Shown piece after piece: positions 41,494-54,215 of a stretch of DNA of 64,000 bases; positions within the stretch are counted from its first letter, which is position 1, and each line of letters begins with the position of its first letter. The notes under the pieces are model-generated. The model did no database searches. It had not been told where the DNA came from and saw only the letters and a list, made by a program, of their open reading frames with translations. The DNA comes from Octopus vulgaris. Lineage: Eukaryota. Made by a program: the position numbers and the translations under genes. The stretch lies in the NCBI GenBank assembly GCA_951406725.2, contig OX597818.1, positions 4,960,001 to 5,024,000 on the forward strand, given 5' to 3'.

Positions 41494-42050
41494 TGAGTGA
41501 GAGAGCATTGCATGCCATCAAAGCGACACTGGGTTAAAATATACGAAGCCCAGTATACCCATCATGACTACCCGTCTGATAAGGGTGCACCGGGCACATG
41601 CATCACAACCATATGTGCGCGACATGGTGATCTCATAACAAGATAAACAGCGCATGACCTTGCGGGTGGGGCCCAGTTAGAATTTCCTTCTGGTCGGGTA
41701 ACCCATCGCACTCAAAAGGTCCCTGAATAAGGGTTGTTTAAGGATGTTGAATGAAACACCCATGTTTCCAGAGGTGTATTATTCAAACCCCAAAGAATCC
41801 CTCTCAACACATAGCTATGATGCTCCCCCCACTACTTCTACTCGTGATCAGAGATGCACATATCGTCAGCCACCAAGGGACATGGTCAACTGGTTAAGGT
41901 CAAACAACTGACAAGCAAATCTGTGGTATTGAACAGAATATTTGCTGTAGCCCATCTTTTATACCAAGACAAAACAATGTAGATGATAACAATTCCAGTC
42001 AGTTAAGATCAGAAGCTATGAGAGCCGCTGCCTGGTACTGCATCAGGGCA
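41494..42050 (-). mobile_element. ~555-bp non-coding element flanked by (AAT)n, copy 2
   Basis: Collinear with 30567-31122; a further ~40-bp terminal piece lies at 42470-42510. Confidence 0.85.
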
Positions 42051-42392
42051 TTCATCATTATTATTATTATTATTATCATTATATTTTTAAAAAGATTGAC
42101 GTAACTCTTCACAAAGGTAAACAATTAAGACTAAGTGCGTGATTCGATTGTAAGATATTTTATTAGTTGAACGATATTTCAACAGTACGTCCGTCTTTGT
42201 CAAGTTCAAAATAAGAAGTGATAAAAATTCAAAATTACAGAAATTTAAACGTAAAGTATGAACGAGAGCAACCAGTAACCACACGTAGATGGAATGACAT
42301 CATCGGGTTTTAAGTTACAATTTTATAATAAGCGAAAAGAAAAAAAACAGTAAAAAGACAGTAAAGAAAACCCATGTCTTGTGACCAATAGA

Positions 42393-42470
<78 letters not shown>

Positions 42471-42680
42471 GAGTGAGAGAGCAGCATATGCCATCAAAGT
42501 GACATTAGGTACAAATTTACGTAATAAATTAGCATGGCTGACACACTATTTTATTGAAGATAGATCATGTTGGTAGTAGTCGTCTCTTAAAAAATACTTT
42601 GATGATGAATAAAGAATGACCGCTGAATGAGGTATTAATGTATGTACGCATGTATGCATGCATGCATGCATGCATGTATG

Positions 42681-42709
<29 letters not shown>

Positions 42710-42712
<3 letters not shown>

Positions 42713-42900
42713 GTTAATCCAAACAAGAAAACACAGAAAAAAAGAGAAAAAAAAACACAGCAACGCAGGACGTGGAACAATTAAAGTATTATTGACGCTC
42801 AGGAAAGAAGGGAAGGCGGGTTTAACGTTTCGAGCGGAGCTCTTCGTCGGAAACAAGGAGAAGGAAAGATCCCAAGGAGGGAAGACAGAGGAGACAATAT
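42710..42900 (-). mobile_element. Solo pLTR-like PLE 3' fragment in (TATG)n
   Basis: Contains a hammerhead motif; resembles the 3' tail of the PLE at 40-1378 (tgacgctc.ggaaag). Confidence 0.6.
42820..42854 (-). ncRNA. Minimal type I hammerhead motif with variant CCGACGA core
   Basis: Minus strand GTTT-CCGACGA-a GAGC tcc GCTC-GAAA-CG-TT-AAAC: stem I GTTT/AAAC, 4-bp stem II, palindromic ACGT stem III. Confidence 0.65.
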
Positions 42901-43161
42901 TTGAGCTGGTGGTGCTTAAGAGATCACATGTTATGTATGTATGTATGCTTGTATGAACACACATATTTGACCGTATGTATGTAAACGTATATGCTTCGAT
43001 ACACCTGTTGATATATATATATATATATCAACAGGCGTATCTGAACTGTGGGGTGCATTGCAATTCATTATATTGTTCCCCGCTTACAAGGGAGCAAAAC
43101 AGAACGTGTCGAAACGATCGTTGCGCTAAAGAAAGTTTCCAGTATCAAATATATATATATA

Positions 43162-43227
<66 letters not shown>

Positions 43228-43267
43228 GATATATATATTCCAAATTTGTGTAAATATATAGAATAAT

Positions 43268-43708
43268 ATATCAGTTGGATTAAGTTAAAGCATGGCCTGG
43301 TTTTCACGTTTTTTATTATTGTATTTAAAAAATTCTCTTAAAATGTTGAAGTGTGTTAAACATTCAAAGATATTTTGTAATATTTATAAATCCAATTAGC
43401 ACTTTCATATGTTCGTAGTAATCATGTAATCATTAGATTTCAAAATGTATTTTTTCTGATAGTCCTTGCAAATTTTTCGGATACGGTTTCGACCAATCAG
43501 CATTGCATGGTGATTGGTCAAAACCATATGCCAGTAATAACTATACCAGTAATGTCGGTACGCCCGGGAAACCGTACCGTATAAGCTGCAAGAAAAGTGC
43601 AAACTAGACCATGTTTAGCTCACTTCAACATTGTAAAAATCTTTTTTAAATACAATAATAAAAAACGTGAAAATCAAACCATGTTTTAACTTTATTCCAC
43701 TGATATAT
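43268..43708. mobile_element. ~440-bp foldback/MITE-like element with ~100-bp imperfect terminal inverted repeats
   Basis: ggttttcacgttttttattattgtatttaaaaaa vs ttttttaaatacaataataaaaaacgtgaaaatc; TA-rich flanks. Confidence 0.75.
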
Positions 43709-43772
43709 ATATATATACATATATACAGGAGAGTATCGTAGTTCGCTTGAAGCATTGCTTAATGCTTGTAAA

Positions 43773-44019
43773 AAATAATGTGTCTTGAGTGGCACAACAA
43801 TGCACTATAGTAACAACAACGGACTATAATAACTGCTATAATTTAATCATCCATAGTCTGATAGGCCGAGTTCGCCACCGCTAGGGAGTTTTATTTGAAA
43901 ATGGAATTTTTATATTCTGAAATATTATATCAGGCTATGGATGATTAAATTATAACAGTTATTATAGTCCACTGTTGTTATTTTAGTGCACTGTTGTGCC
44001 ATTCAAGATACATTATTTG
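43773..44019. mobile_element. ~245-bp foldback/MITE-like element with ~90-bp inverted arms
   Basis: aaaataatgtgtcttgagtggcacaac...aatttaatcatccatagtctgata vs tatcaggctatggatgattaaatt...tgttgtgccattcaagatacattatttt. Confidence 0.8.
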
Positions 44020-44020
44020 A

Positions 44021-44067
<47 letters not shown>

Positions 44068-44069
<2 letters not shown>

Positions 44070-44292
44070 GAGGGGATGCTTAAAAGTTCCTGGCTTGACG
44101 GGTTTCGCGAAAGGCCTGGTTGGAGACCCACCCTTCCAAGTTCTTTTGCAGGGATTAGAAAAACTGAAGAATCGCCGCAGTAAGTGTGTGAATCTGAGAG
44201 GAGAATACGTTGAATAATATCATAATTAACTGATCCTCCTGTATTTTCTTTTACCCAAAGTCAAGAATTATTCAGCTCCCCGCCACCTCGTA
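44068..44292 (+). mobile_element. Mariner-derived miniature element
   Basis: Ends cgagggg..aaaagttcctggctt / aagtcaagaatt..cctcgta; retains the transposase C-terminus GLEKLKNRRSKCVNLRGEYVE*. Confidence 0.65.
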
Positions 44293-44459
44293 TATGTAGA
44301 CTTGTATATTTAGTGGAATTGTTTACTTACTGGGTGTGTTCTACTTAGATACAGAAGAATATTTTCAATCGTATCTAACATAATTTTTTTCCGATACCAA
44401 GCTATTTAAACAATCGATGTGCCAAGTAAAACACATATATGGATACGTGTAAAAATATG

Positions 44460-44491
<32 letters not shown>

Positions 44492-46088
44492 TATTTGTGT
44501 GTGTGTGTGTACATGGAAAGACAATGAGAGTGAAAGACAGACAGAAGCAGAGAGTCATATGTGAGAGAAAGTTAAATAACAGAAATAAAAATTTAAAGTT
44601 TATTGATAAAAATTGATAGTGGATATTCTGGGGTAACTGATAAATATGTGATGGAACAACAAATATACACTTAAACAAAATAAATTGAATGTCGGTTGAT
44701 GTACTATTTAGTAAATTTGTTATAGCCTTAGATGTTGTCTACGTATAGGGATGCTAGTAAAAGATATTGATATTATTTTCTGTTCATGCAAATAATTAAC
44801 ACATTAATATTTTTGTTTATGTAGCGTGGAAAATTTTCTATTGAAATTGGGAGGGAGAAAAGAAAATTGAAGTTTATGCAATTCTATTTCTATTTCGTTG
44901 GAGTAGAAAGAAATACACATAAAAATTGTATAGATGTTTTTCTAAATTTAGAATGTCTGTACTTCAGTTTTACAAACTGAACACACTTTACGGCATTATT
45001 TCATTATATCGACAAATAATTCGGAAAATAATTGAATTTCTTTGAAAATGTAAGTGCAGGCATTTGAATGTGTGCGTACATACATACATGCACAAATACA
45101 TAATACTTACATGCATAAACACACACGTAAGCACACACACATATGTATGTATGCATGTATGTATGTATACATTCATACTTACGCACACATGCTCTCTCAC
45201 ACACACACACACATATAAGTCTCTATGCGTGTTTCCCATTTAAATGGTATACTTTTGCATTTATTTTACTAATGTAACGTTTTATTAGATATTTTCAGTT
45301 TATATTTGTCTGGCAAGTTTATACAACTATATAAAGAATAACACATATGTTACTATGTCCATCTACCTTAGTCACAGTTTGTATGAAAACTATGTCTCAC
45401 TGATAAAAAAAAAAGAGAATTATTTCGAAATTACATAAACGTACAATATTTCTTGAAAATTATTTTTTGGTGGTACGATTATTTTTTTCAAAAACTATCG
45501 GAACATATATATGAAAACATAACGTATTTTTATGAATTTGCATATTTTCGGCTCATTAATATCAAAATGTTTCTTTAAGTATATCTCTTTCCGCTACTAT
45601 TATTTGACATGTGGGGAAAGCGGAGATCGAATCTTGAATAGTCGTAACTGGAAGTCATATTGTTGATAGGCCTTGTAGGCCGCTGAAAGTGCTGATCTGT
45701 GATCGATCAATCATGATTAATTCTAACAATATGATCTCTATGTCGACTTTTAAATAAAACTTCATGCCAACAGCACATTAAAATTGTTTTCTTTTAGCTC
45801 TAACAAGTAGTTTTAGCCAAGCAATTTTCATTTGCCAAAATGTTCCAAATACATACACATACTTGCAATGAACACACACGCGCGTGCACACACACACACA
45901 CACATACACACACACACACACACACATACACACACACACACACACACACATGCACACACTCATACACACACACACCATGGACGCAAATCAAGGTATGCAA
46001 ACCATGCACACCCAAGGTATGCAAGTCATGCACTACATACTTTTTTTTTATAAATCTGAAAAATTTAAAAAGCATTTTATTTCTACAT

Positions 46089-46445
46089 ACAGGCATGGTT
46101 GTGTGGTAAGAAGCTTGCTTATCAACTACAAGGTTCCGGGTTCTGTTCCACTTCATGGCAACTTGGGCAAGTGTCTTCTAATATAGTGTCGGGCTGACTA
46201 AAGCCTTGTGAGAGGATTTGGTTTGACGGAAACTGAAAGAAGCCTGTCGTATACATGTATGTGTGTCTTTGTATATTTTTTGTGTGTGTTAGTCCTCCAC
46301 CATCCCTTGACAACCGGTGTTGGTGTGTTTATATCTAGGTGTATTTAAGTACTAGGCTCAAAAGATAGTGCTGGGGTCGATTTTTTCGACTAAAAACCCT
46401 TCAAGGCAGTGCTTCCACATGGCTGCAGTCAAATGAAGTAAAAAA
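46089..46445 (+). mobile_element. tRNA-derived SINE
   Basis: Head with A/B-box-like tggttgtgtggtaag...ggttccgggttctgttcc; body shared with the 47238 and 51600 copies. Confidence 0.85.
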
Positions 46446-47237
46446 AATACTTTGAAAGAAAGAAAAATTCTAAAGTTTACTGATGAAAACTTCAAATAGT
46501 TTATTAGCATACTCCTTATTATTTCATATAAAATTTACGCACATATACATAGGCAACCGCACAGCCACATTAAAACATTTCCCACCTTTGTTTTTTAAGC
46601 ATGTTTTGAACTTTCGAAATATTTGTCTAAAGGACAGATATATATGTTCGTGCAAGAACTGTTGGAAAACAGTTTAAAAAAAAGTACTTGACGGGAAACA
46701 ATTAATTATAAGTGACGGCAGAATACCACCGCCAAAACTACTTAAGTTCCAAAAAGGAATGTATTAGACAATTTCACATTAAGTGGTATATTTATTCAAA
46801 CATTGTCAAGTGGAAGGTCTAAACACACACACATTTTGGTGGCTATGCTTGCTACTTAGTCTTAAAAATGTGTCTGAAATGTTAAATATTATGGTCTTTT
46901 AAATAAGAAATATGTGCTCGTCATAAAACATGAGCATTTATTGATCCTTTATAGATCTTAAAGCCTTTAGGAACGTTTGAATACAATTAAATGCGTATTA
47001 AAGACACAGCATAGAACAGACATAAGAAGTTAAACAAAACGGAGTCATTCAACAAATATTGATTGATGCAGTTATCTTTTTAGGCATCAAGGAAAAGTTA
47101 TTTTGGGGTTATTTTGAATTCGATAAAATCATTAATGACGAGTATTATAAAAGAGTATTATAATTTAATCAGTAACTATGTGGAAAAATTGTCAAGCCGT
47201 CAGGATAAGGGAGAGATATAAATATTTCTTGATAAAT

Positions 47238-47612
47238 ATAGGCGCATGCGTGTCTGTGCAGTAAGAAGTTTGCTTCCCAACCACATGAGCAAGTGTCTCC
47301 TAGTATAGCCTCGGGCCGACCTTGTGAGGGGATTTAATTGACAGAAACTGAAAGAAGCCCGTCGTATATATGTATATCTACGTGTGTGTGTATCTTTGTG
47401 CCTGTGTTTGTTACCTATCACCGCTTGATAACTAGTGGTGTAATTACGCGTCCGTAACTTAACGTCTCGACAAATGAGAAAAATATAGAATAAGTACCAG
47501 GCTTTAAAAAATAAAAATAAGTATTGTAGTCGATTCATTCAACTAAACATTCTTCAAGGCGATGTTCAAGCGTGGCTGCAGTCGAACGACACAAACAAGT
47601 AAAACATAAAAG
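47238..47612 (+). mobile_element. tRNA-derived SINE (partially deleted head)
   Basis: gcaagtgtctcctagtatagcctcgggccgac...gaaactgaaagaagcccgtcgtata. Confidence 0.85.
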
Positions 47613-48842
47613 ATGCACTATTACCATATTAAAATTTAATTATTTTACAAGCATGTTCTGCTACAAAAGAATGCAAGATATTTTCTCTACAGTAAGTAGT
47701 CTGAGTACGGATCTTTTACGGATGATATTGCTAAAAACGACTTTCAATTATTTAGCAATAGTTTTACAGCCTCGTAAAGTGTTTTCTGATGCCTCAAACC
47801 AAAACGAATCAACTTCTTTCGAAGAATGAAACTTTTGGAATGCCGTCCTTGCCTCTGAATTTTTTTGCCCTGGTAGAGTGCTCAAGTGATCTGATTAACT
47901 GAAAATTGGATGGTACTAAGTGTAGTGAGTAAGATGAGCGAGGTAGAACTTCATAGCTTCATGAAATTATCTTTTCGTGGGTTATCTTCGATGTACGTGG
48001 CTTTGCATTATTCTGCTGCTGGATGATTTCTTTTCTAATTTTCCCACTCCCCTTCGCTATAAACTTTCCCAATTTGAGATAATTTTGCCCCATGGGTCTA
48101 GGTCTATTAAGCCACCTGGATAAGACCCTATTATCTCACTCAGAACCCCTTCAATAGCTGTTTTCACTAAAGTCTTCATTAAGAATAATTTGTCTCCTGA
48201 TCAACATAGATCCAGAGGATGAAAATCAATCACCCTTTTTTGAATTTGTTAAACCACCTTTAGACTTTCCCAGCACTGACGCCATATCCCTTCTGTCTGC
48301 TTCCCAATACTTATTGTTTTGTAGTCATCAGCACGCATGAGCAAAGGTTTTGTTTGCTGAGAGTTGTAAATAAGAGTTCGTGCTCTTGTTAGACTCGACG
48401 GGCCGTTGGGTTAGCTTTGACGGTGAAGACATATAACGAGGGCGAACCACTGCGATATTTCAAAGTCCCCTTACACCAGTGAATCGTGTGTGTTATGAAC
48501 ACATAACATATAAATGTAGGAGGCGTTGTCCTATGATGTGAAAGAATAGAGATCGGATATCTGCATACGAATCAGTTAGAACCTATTGAGAATGAATAAG
48601 TACCGTATTATTAAAAGTGCGCTTCTTGCAATTTATAAATCTTTGAACTGACAGTCCTTTAGATTGCTATTGGAATGCTGAGGTAAGCTTAGAATCTACT
48701 GCTCTTCATCTTTCGCCTGTCAGTAATAATATGCCCGTATACGCATTCATTAATGCACACATATAGGCACACACACACATATATATGTATGTATGTGTAT
48801 ATGCATATATATAGATAGATGCTTACATCTATATATATATAT

Positions 48843-49050
48843 TGGTTTCAAATTTTGGCGTAGGGCCAGCAATTTCAGGGGAAGGGTAAGTCGATTATAT
48901 CGGCCCTAGTGTCCAACTGGTACTTATCTTGTCAACCCCAAAAGGATGAAAAGCAAAGTCGACCTCGGCGGCGCTTGAACTTAAAATATAAAGACGGACT
49001 AAAACGGTGCTAAGCATTTTTCTCGGCGTACTAACGATTCTGACAGCTCG
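48843..49050 (-). mobile_element. tRNA-derived SINE, second family (possibly Meta-domain type)
   Basis: The minus strand has a B-box-like gttcaagcgccgccgaggtcgactttgcttttcatcctt followed by ..aagtaccag. The domain name is from recall only. Confidence 0.7.
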
Positions 49051-49404
49051 TTAGCATTCTGCTACATAATCACAAATATATACACTCATACATACATATT
49101 AATGTGACGAATTTAAAAGCAATACCTGCATAATAGGATACGGCAATGATGAACATTGTAGATTTAGAAATTCAATAATTGAAGTATTCAATAGCTTCTG
49201 TAGATGGGAATGCAAATACATCTTAATTGAAACGAATATAATGTACATGTAATATATATATATATATATTGATAGAAATGGTAAGACAACAAAAGAATGA
49301 AAGGTGGCCGGATAACTGAAGAGATGGGGGCGTGGATTTCCACCCCAACATCCGAAACTCGGAGTTTTATGATGGCTACCGAATAATTGTCACATATTAC
49401 ATTT

Positions 49405-49478
<74 letters not shown>

Positions 49479-49480
49479 AC

Positions 49481-49514
<34 letters not shown>

Positions 49515-50001
49515 AATAAAATATCATAATTATAACGATATACAACATGGAGACTTGTTCATCCTCAAAATTTATTTCCTCTTATTTATTTATTTATATA
49601 TTCATTTTCCTCTTATTTATTTCTAGGCTATATTACCATCAAGTGAAGTGAACACGGAATTATATCGGGGGAATTTACAGAGTGAATGACAATTAATAGT
49701 AGACATATAAGTTAAATACCGCCCGATGCGGTTAGCCGCAATCTGGAACATAATTGAGTAACCATCGGTATCCGCTCGGGTGATATATTCCTGCAAACTG
49801 AAACACCCCCCACCACACAAATATATACATACATATGTGTGTGTGCGCGTGCGTGAGTAATATATTTATTTATATTACATGCCTAATTTCAACTTCATAT
49901 ATTTTCGAGACCAACAGTTATAAACTATATATTTCTCTTAATTAGAATTATTTAAAGTATACCTCCCAGCTGAAACAATACAATTCACTCTATACTTACA
50001 C

Positions 50002-50042
<41 letters not shown>

Positions 50043-50599
50043 CCATACACACGCACACACATTCAAATAAACTGTCGTTTAACTTTTATATTTCAACTAT
50101 CTATACCTAGAAACAAAAGTATTAAAATCTGAAAGTCTAAAATTTATATCTTCAGGCTCCGCAACGCACTTGAAATTTCGAAATTATGTGAAATAAATAG
50201 ACTTTTCGACTTTGTTTTCTTTAGTATTTGTAATACTAGGTCACCAAATATATGTGTTACATGAGGTCTAGATTACACACACATTAGAATAAAATTATAT
50301 GTAAACTAATTTTTGATTGTTGACACATTTTGGTGATAAAAATAATTAACATTTCCAATTTATTCGAAATAATTCCATTTAACTAAATACGAATCGTTGT
50401 AGTGCATTCCTTTTCATTCCAGTAATAAAGTCAATTAATTCTTTTCGTAGAAGAAAATTAGCATCTCACTCTCCAATAAAGAATGAAATATTCAAAGATT
50501 TGTTGTTTTGGAAATTCCTAAAACCGCATAATCCTAATTGTTTGTTATGTTCAAAATAGCTAAAACTAAACAATTCTAATTGATTATTGCTGTATTACC

Positions 50600-51425
50600 T
50601 CTCAATTTGAAGTTCGTTTTTGTCTCGAACACCGGAATTTTTTGTCTTGATTCGATTCAACTCCTAATGAAACTGTCTCGACTGTTCTCACCACAAACAT
50701 TAGATGATGCTTCTGTCACGAGTTTTACACATCTCTCCACAGCTTGGGTGTGGTACGGTAATTTTTCCAGTTGCATCAAAAGCCGCTGTTGAATGAAAGT
50801 ACCGATGTCTTCATCGGAAAATGCCTATGTTAGAGGTGGTTCAGTTACAATAGTATCTTGCCAGTTAATTATGTCAATGTAGTTTGAGGCTGCAAAGTTT
50901 AGGGCAGGGATTTTGAAAGGTCGCACAGACTTCCCTTTATACAGTGTTGGAGCCTGCCTTTTGCGTCTCCATGCTAGTTCTCGAATGTGTCTCTGTTCCT
51001 CGTTTATCATGGCCAGTAAAATATTTTCTGAGTGCGCGACGAAAGCATTCCGTTGTATAACTGGAAATACAATGTCTTCTACCGCTTGATCCATTTCTCT
51101 CGAAGACTCATTTGCCTTGAACACACTTGGAGCCCATTTTATGAGGAAAAGTTGCAATTAATTGTGAACCACATTGGCACATAAATTTTCATTATGTAAG
51201 CAACAATAAATTTTATTGTGTTAGAAGGATTCTCGGTGGCAACATACAACTGAAGCATACGATTTGCAGTTGTAAGCTATCGAGAATGAGCCATTTTACC
51301 GGGATTCATTAATGCAATTTCAGATGAACATTTCCCTTCAGAAATAGACTGGTGGATATCAAGAAGGCATTTTTGATCAGTACTGAGATCATGCCTGAAT
51401 ACTGATGATAGGTCCGTTGGAATTT
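50600..51425 (-). pseudogene. DNA-transposon transposase remnant (hAT superfamily, hATm-like; subfamily tentative)
   Basis: NPGKMAHSR*LTTANRML.LYVA; PVIQRNAFVAHSENILLAM; TEPPLT; PYHTQAVERCVKLVTEAS. Confidence 0.65.
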
Positions 51426-51599
51426 TACATCACCTAGTAATTATTCTTTATTCCCAAGCTTTACATTTAACCTACCCTCATTAACAAATGCTACATTCTT
51501 TCTGATTATTTCTTCTTCGTAATTTAGTTACTTAAAGTTTGAGATATAATGCAGATGTATATACAGCTTCGAGATCATATATGTATATGTATGTATACT

Positions 51600-52013
51600 C
51601 TCTTTACTCTTTACTCTTTTACTTGTTTCAGTCATTTGACTGCGGCCATGCTGGAGCACAGTCTTTAATCGAGCAACTCGACCCCGGGACTTATTCTTTT
51701 GTAAGCCCAGTACTTATTTTATCGGTCTCTTTTGCCGAACCGCAAAGTAACGGGGGCATAATCACACCAGAATCGGTTGTCAAGCAATGCTAGAGGGACA
51801 AATACAGACACACAAACACACACACGCATATATATATATACATATATACGACGGGTCTCTTTCAGTTTCCAATTACCAAATCCACTCACAAGGCTTTGGT
51901 CGGCCCGAGGCTATAGTAGAAGACACTTGCCCAAGGTGCCACGCAGTGGGACTGAACCCCGAACCATGAGGTTGGTAAACAAGCTACTTACCACACAGCC
52001 ACTCCTGCGCCTA
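51600..52013 (-). mobile_element. Full-length tRNA-derived SINE
   Basis: Minus strand aggcgcaggagtggctgtgtggtaag...ggttcggggttcagtccc; same body as the 46089 copy; simple-repeat tail. Confidence 0.9.
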
Positions 52014-52020
52014 TATATGC

Positions 52021-52051
<31 letters not shown>

Positions 52052-52171
52052 TACATATAGGTACATACATAGATCCAGACAATCACACAAATATATAGAG
52101 ACAGACACACACTCACATACGCACACACACACACACACACGCACACACACATACACACACACATATATATA

Positions 52172-53533
52172 TATTCAAGACAGATATTCATACACGTATA
52201 GATTCTCACATCTACATATAGCTTCCTACAGACGCTGGCACATCCACGCGCACACACACGTACACGTACACAAACACCCCCACACGGGCACACCCCTAAA
52301 TATATGTGTAGACTCACATAGACACACACGCATATGTACTTACACACATACCCATATACACAAGCTAGCGTTTGCATGTAGATTTATGCAACTTGACGTC
52401 CCCGTCCATCTATCAAGTCTGGTAGTATTTATCGGTACATTTTACTTATAATTAGCTGCATTGTAAAGTTAGATGTCTAAATACATGGTATTCGAATTCG
52501 AGAAAAAAACAAATGCAATATCTACAATAACCAGCCAAACTATGACACCATCAACAATTCAAACAACAACACAAACACACCCAGAAATAGTAAAAATAAT
52601 AATAAAATAACCATGACCACGAAGGTATTGAATAGAACCAATTCGTCTAGTACTCGCTGCACATAAGCAAACAAAAAAACAAACAATTCGACCAATTATG
52701 GTCATGCAGGGACAAATTCAATTGTCCTGTGAACAATCAATGCATGACCAGAAATATAGTGTACAAGTGCAAAGTAAACGCTAGATGAGGCCCCTACGTA
52801 TATATCGGTGCATCGGCTGATATTTTCAAAAATCGGTATCGCAACCATATTGCCAACCTTCGAAAAATCCTTAAACGGCACGTAAGATCACAGGCTGATT
52901 TTGTCTGGAGACTCAAGGAAGAGAAGGCAAAATACAACCTGAATTGATCAATAATTAGACACGCGAGTCCCTATTACACACTATCCCCGAAATGCCAGCT
53001 GTGTTCCGAGGAGTCACTGTCAATATTATTAAAAAAGAAGCGCATTATAAACAGATTTACGGAACGCATGCAGCTAAACACATGTGAATGCATGCAGCTA
53101 AACACATGTTCACATACTACAATCTAAACAGCACCTGACTGATGCAAACCTAACAACCACAACTCGGATTAATACCCCTGAGTTAAAACCTGATGAACTG
53201 TAGCCATGAAACCGATACTAAAGAAGAACCATATGCGAATAACTTGTATTTAGACATCTAAATTTAGATACTAAAGTAGATAGTATCAGATTTAATACAT
53301 GGATGGAGACGTCGAGATACCTGAATCTAAACGCAAACGCTGGCTTCTGTGTAAGTATATGTGTGTATGTGTCTGTGTGAATCTACTCATATACATATAT
53401 AGGTGTGTGCTTGTATATGGATATTTGTGTATGTGTGTGTGTGTACGTGCATGTGTGAGTGTGTAGGTGTGTCCGCGTCTGTAGGAAGCTATGTTTGTAT
53501 GAAGATCTATACGTGTATGAATATCTGTGTCTT

Positions 53534-53540
<7 letters not shown>
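52172..53540 (+). mobile_element. Decayed PLE 3' fragment enclosed by ~310-bp diverged inverted repeats
   Basis: Arms ~52172-52497 and ~53236-53540 (agatattcatacacgtatagat / atctatacgtgtatgaatatct; agatgtctaaataca / tgtatttagacatct). The interior encodes CPVNNQCMTRNIVYKCKV..YVYIGAS (GIY-YIG). Confidence 0.75.
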
Positions 53541-53611
<71 letters not shown>

Positions 53612-53765
53612 GAGTGTGTGTGATTGTGTATAGAAGAATATATTAATAAAAGGTATTCCAACCTTGTCTGATTTTCACGTTTTATTTACAATCTTATGAT
53701 GATATAATATAATATAATAAAATAAAATAAAATAAAATAATAGAATGTTAAATGTTCATTCTGAT

Positions 53766-53810
53766 TGAACTAGTACTTTCATGCATTAAATTCTGCAATC
53801 TTCAGGTGAC
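53766..53810 (-). ncRNA. Hammerhead motif in the 3' pLTR (stem I shortened by deletion)
   Basis: Minus strand gtcAC-CTGAAGA-ttgcagaatttaatgcat-GAAA-GTAC-TA-GTtca. Confidence 0.65.
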
Positions 53811-54215
53811 AGTCATGCTTCACAATTTTTTACTGTAGCGAGATGATTGAATCTGTGCTTTAAATACAGCTGTAGGCTCCAGATGCTAGGTTTTGCAAAC
53901 TGTATTCTGACCAATCAGTGTGTAGTATCACTCAATTACTTAAGCTGATTGGTTGGTTGAGCTGATTGGTTTAGGCGTCACGCTTTGTTGGACATGTCAA
54001 GAGTCATGTATCTTGACCCTGGCTGAAACAGCAATTGTTGGGCTATTTTTAGAAATGTTGTAAATAGCCTTTGTCAGAGATTTTTATATTTTTGTATTTC
54101 AATTGTCATCATCATCATTGTCAGCACCTTAATTATTGTTGCCAGTGGTGATGGTGGTGGCAATAGAACTTTTAACCCTAAATAAGATAATTTTCCTGCT
54201 ATCTAAGTATTATTA

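Noticed and set aside
51930-52013. tRNA gene
   Set aside because: The A/B-box-like head is continuous with a multi-copy SINE body and forms no complete cloverleaf.
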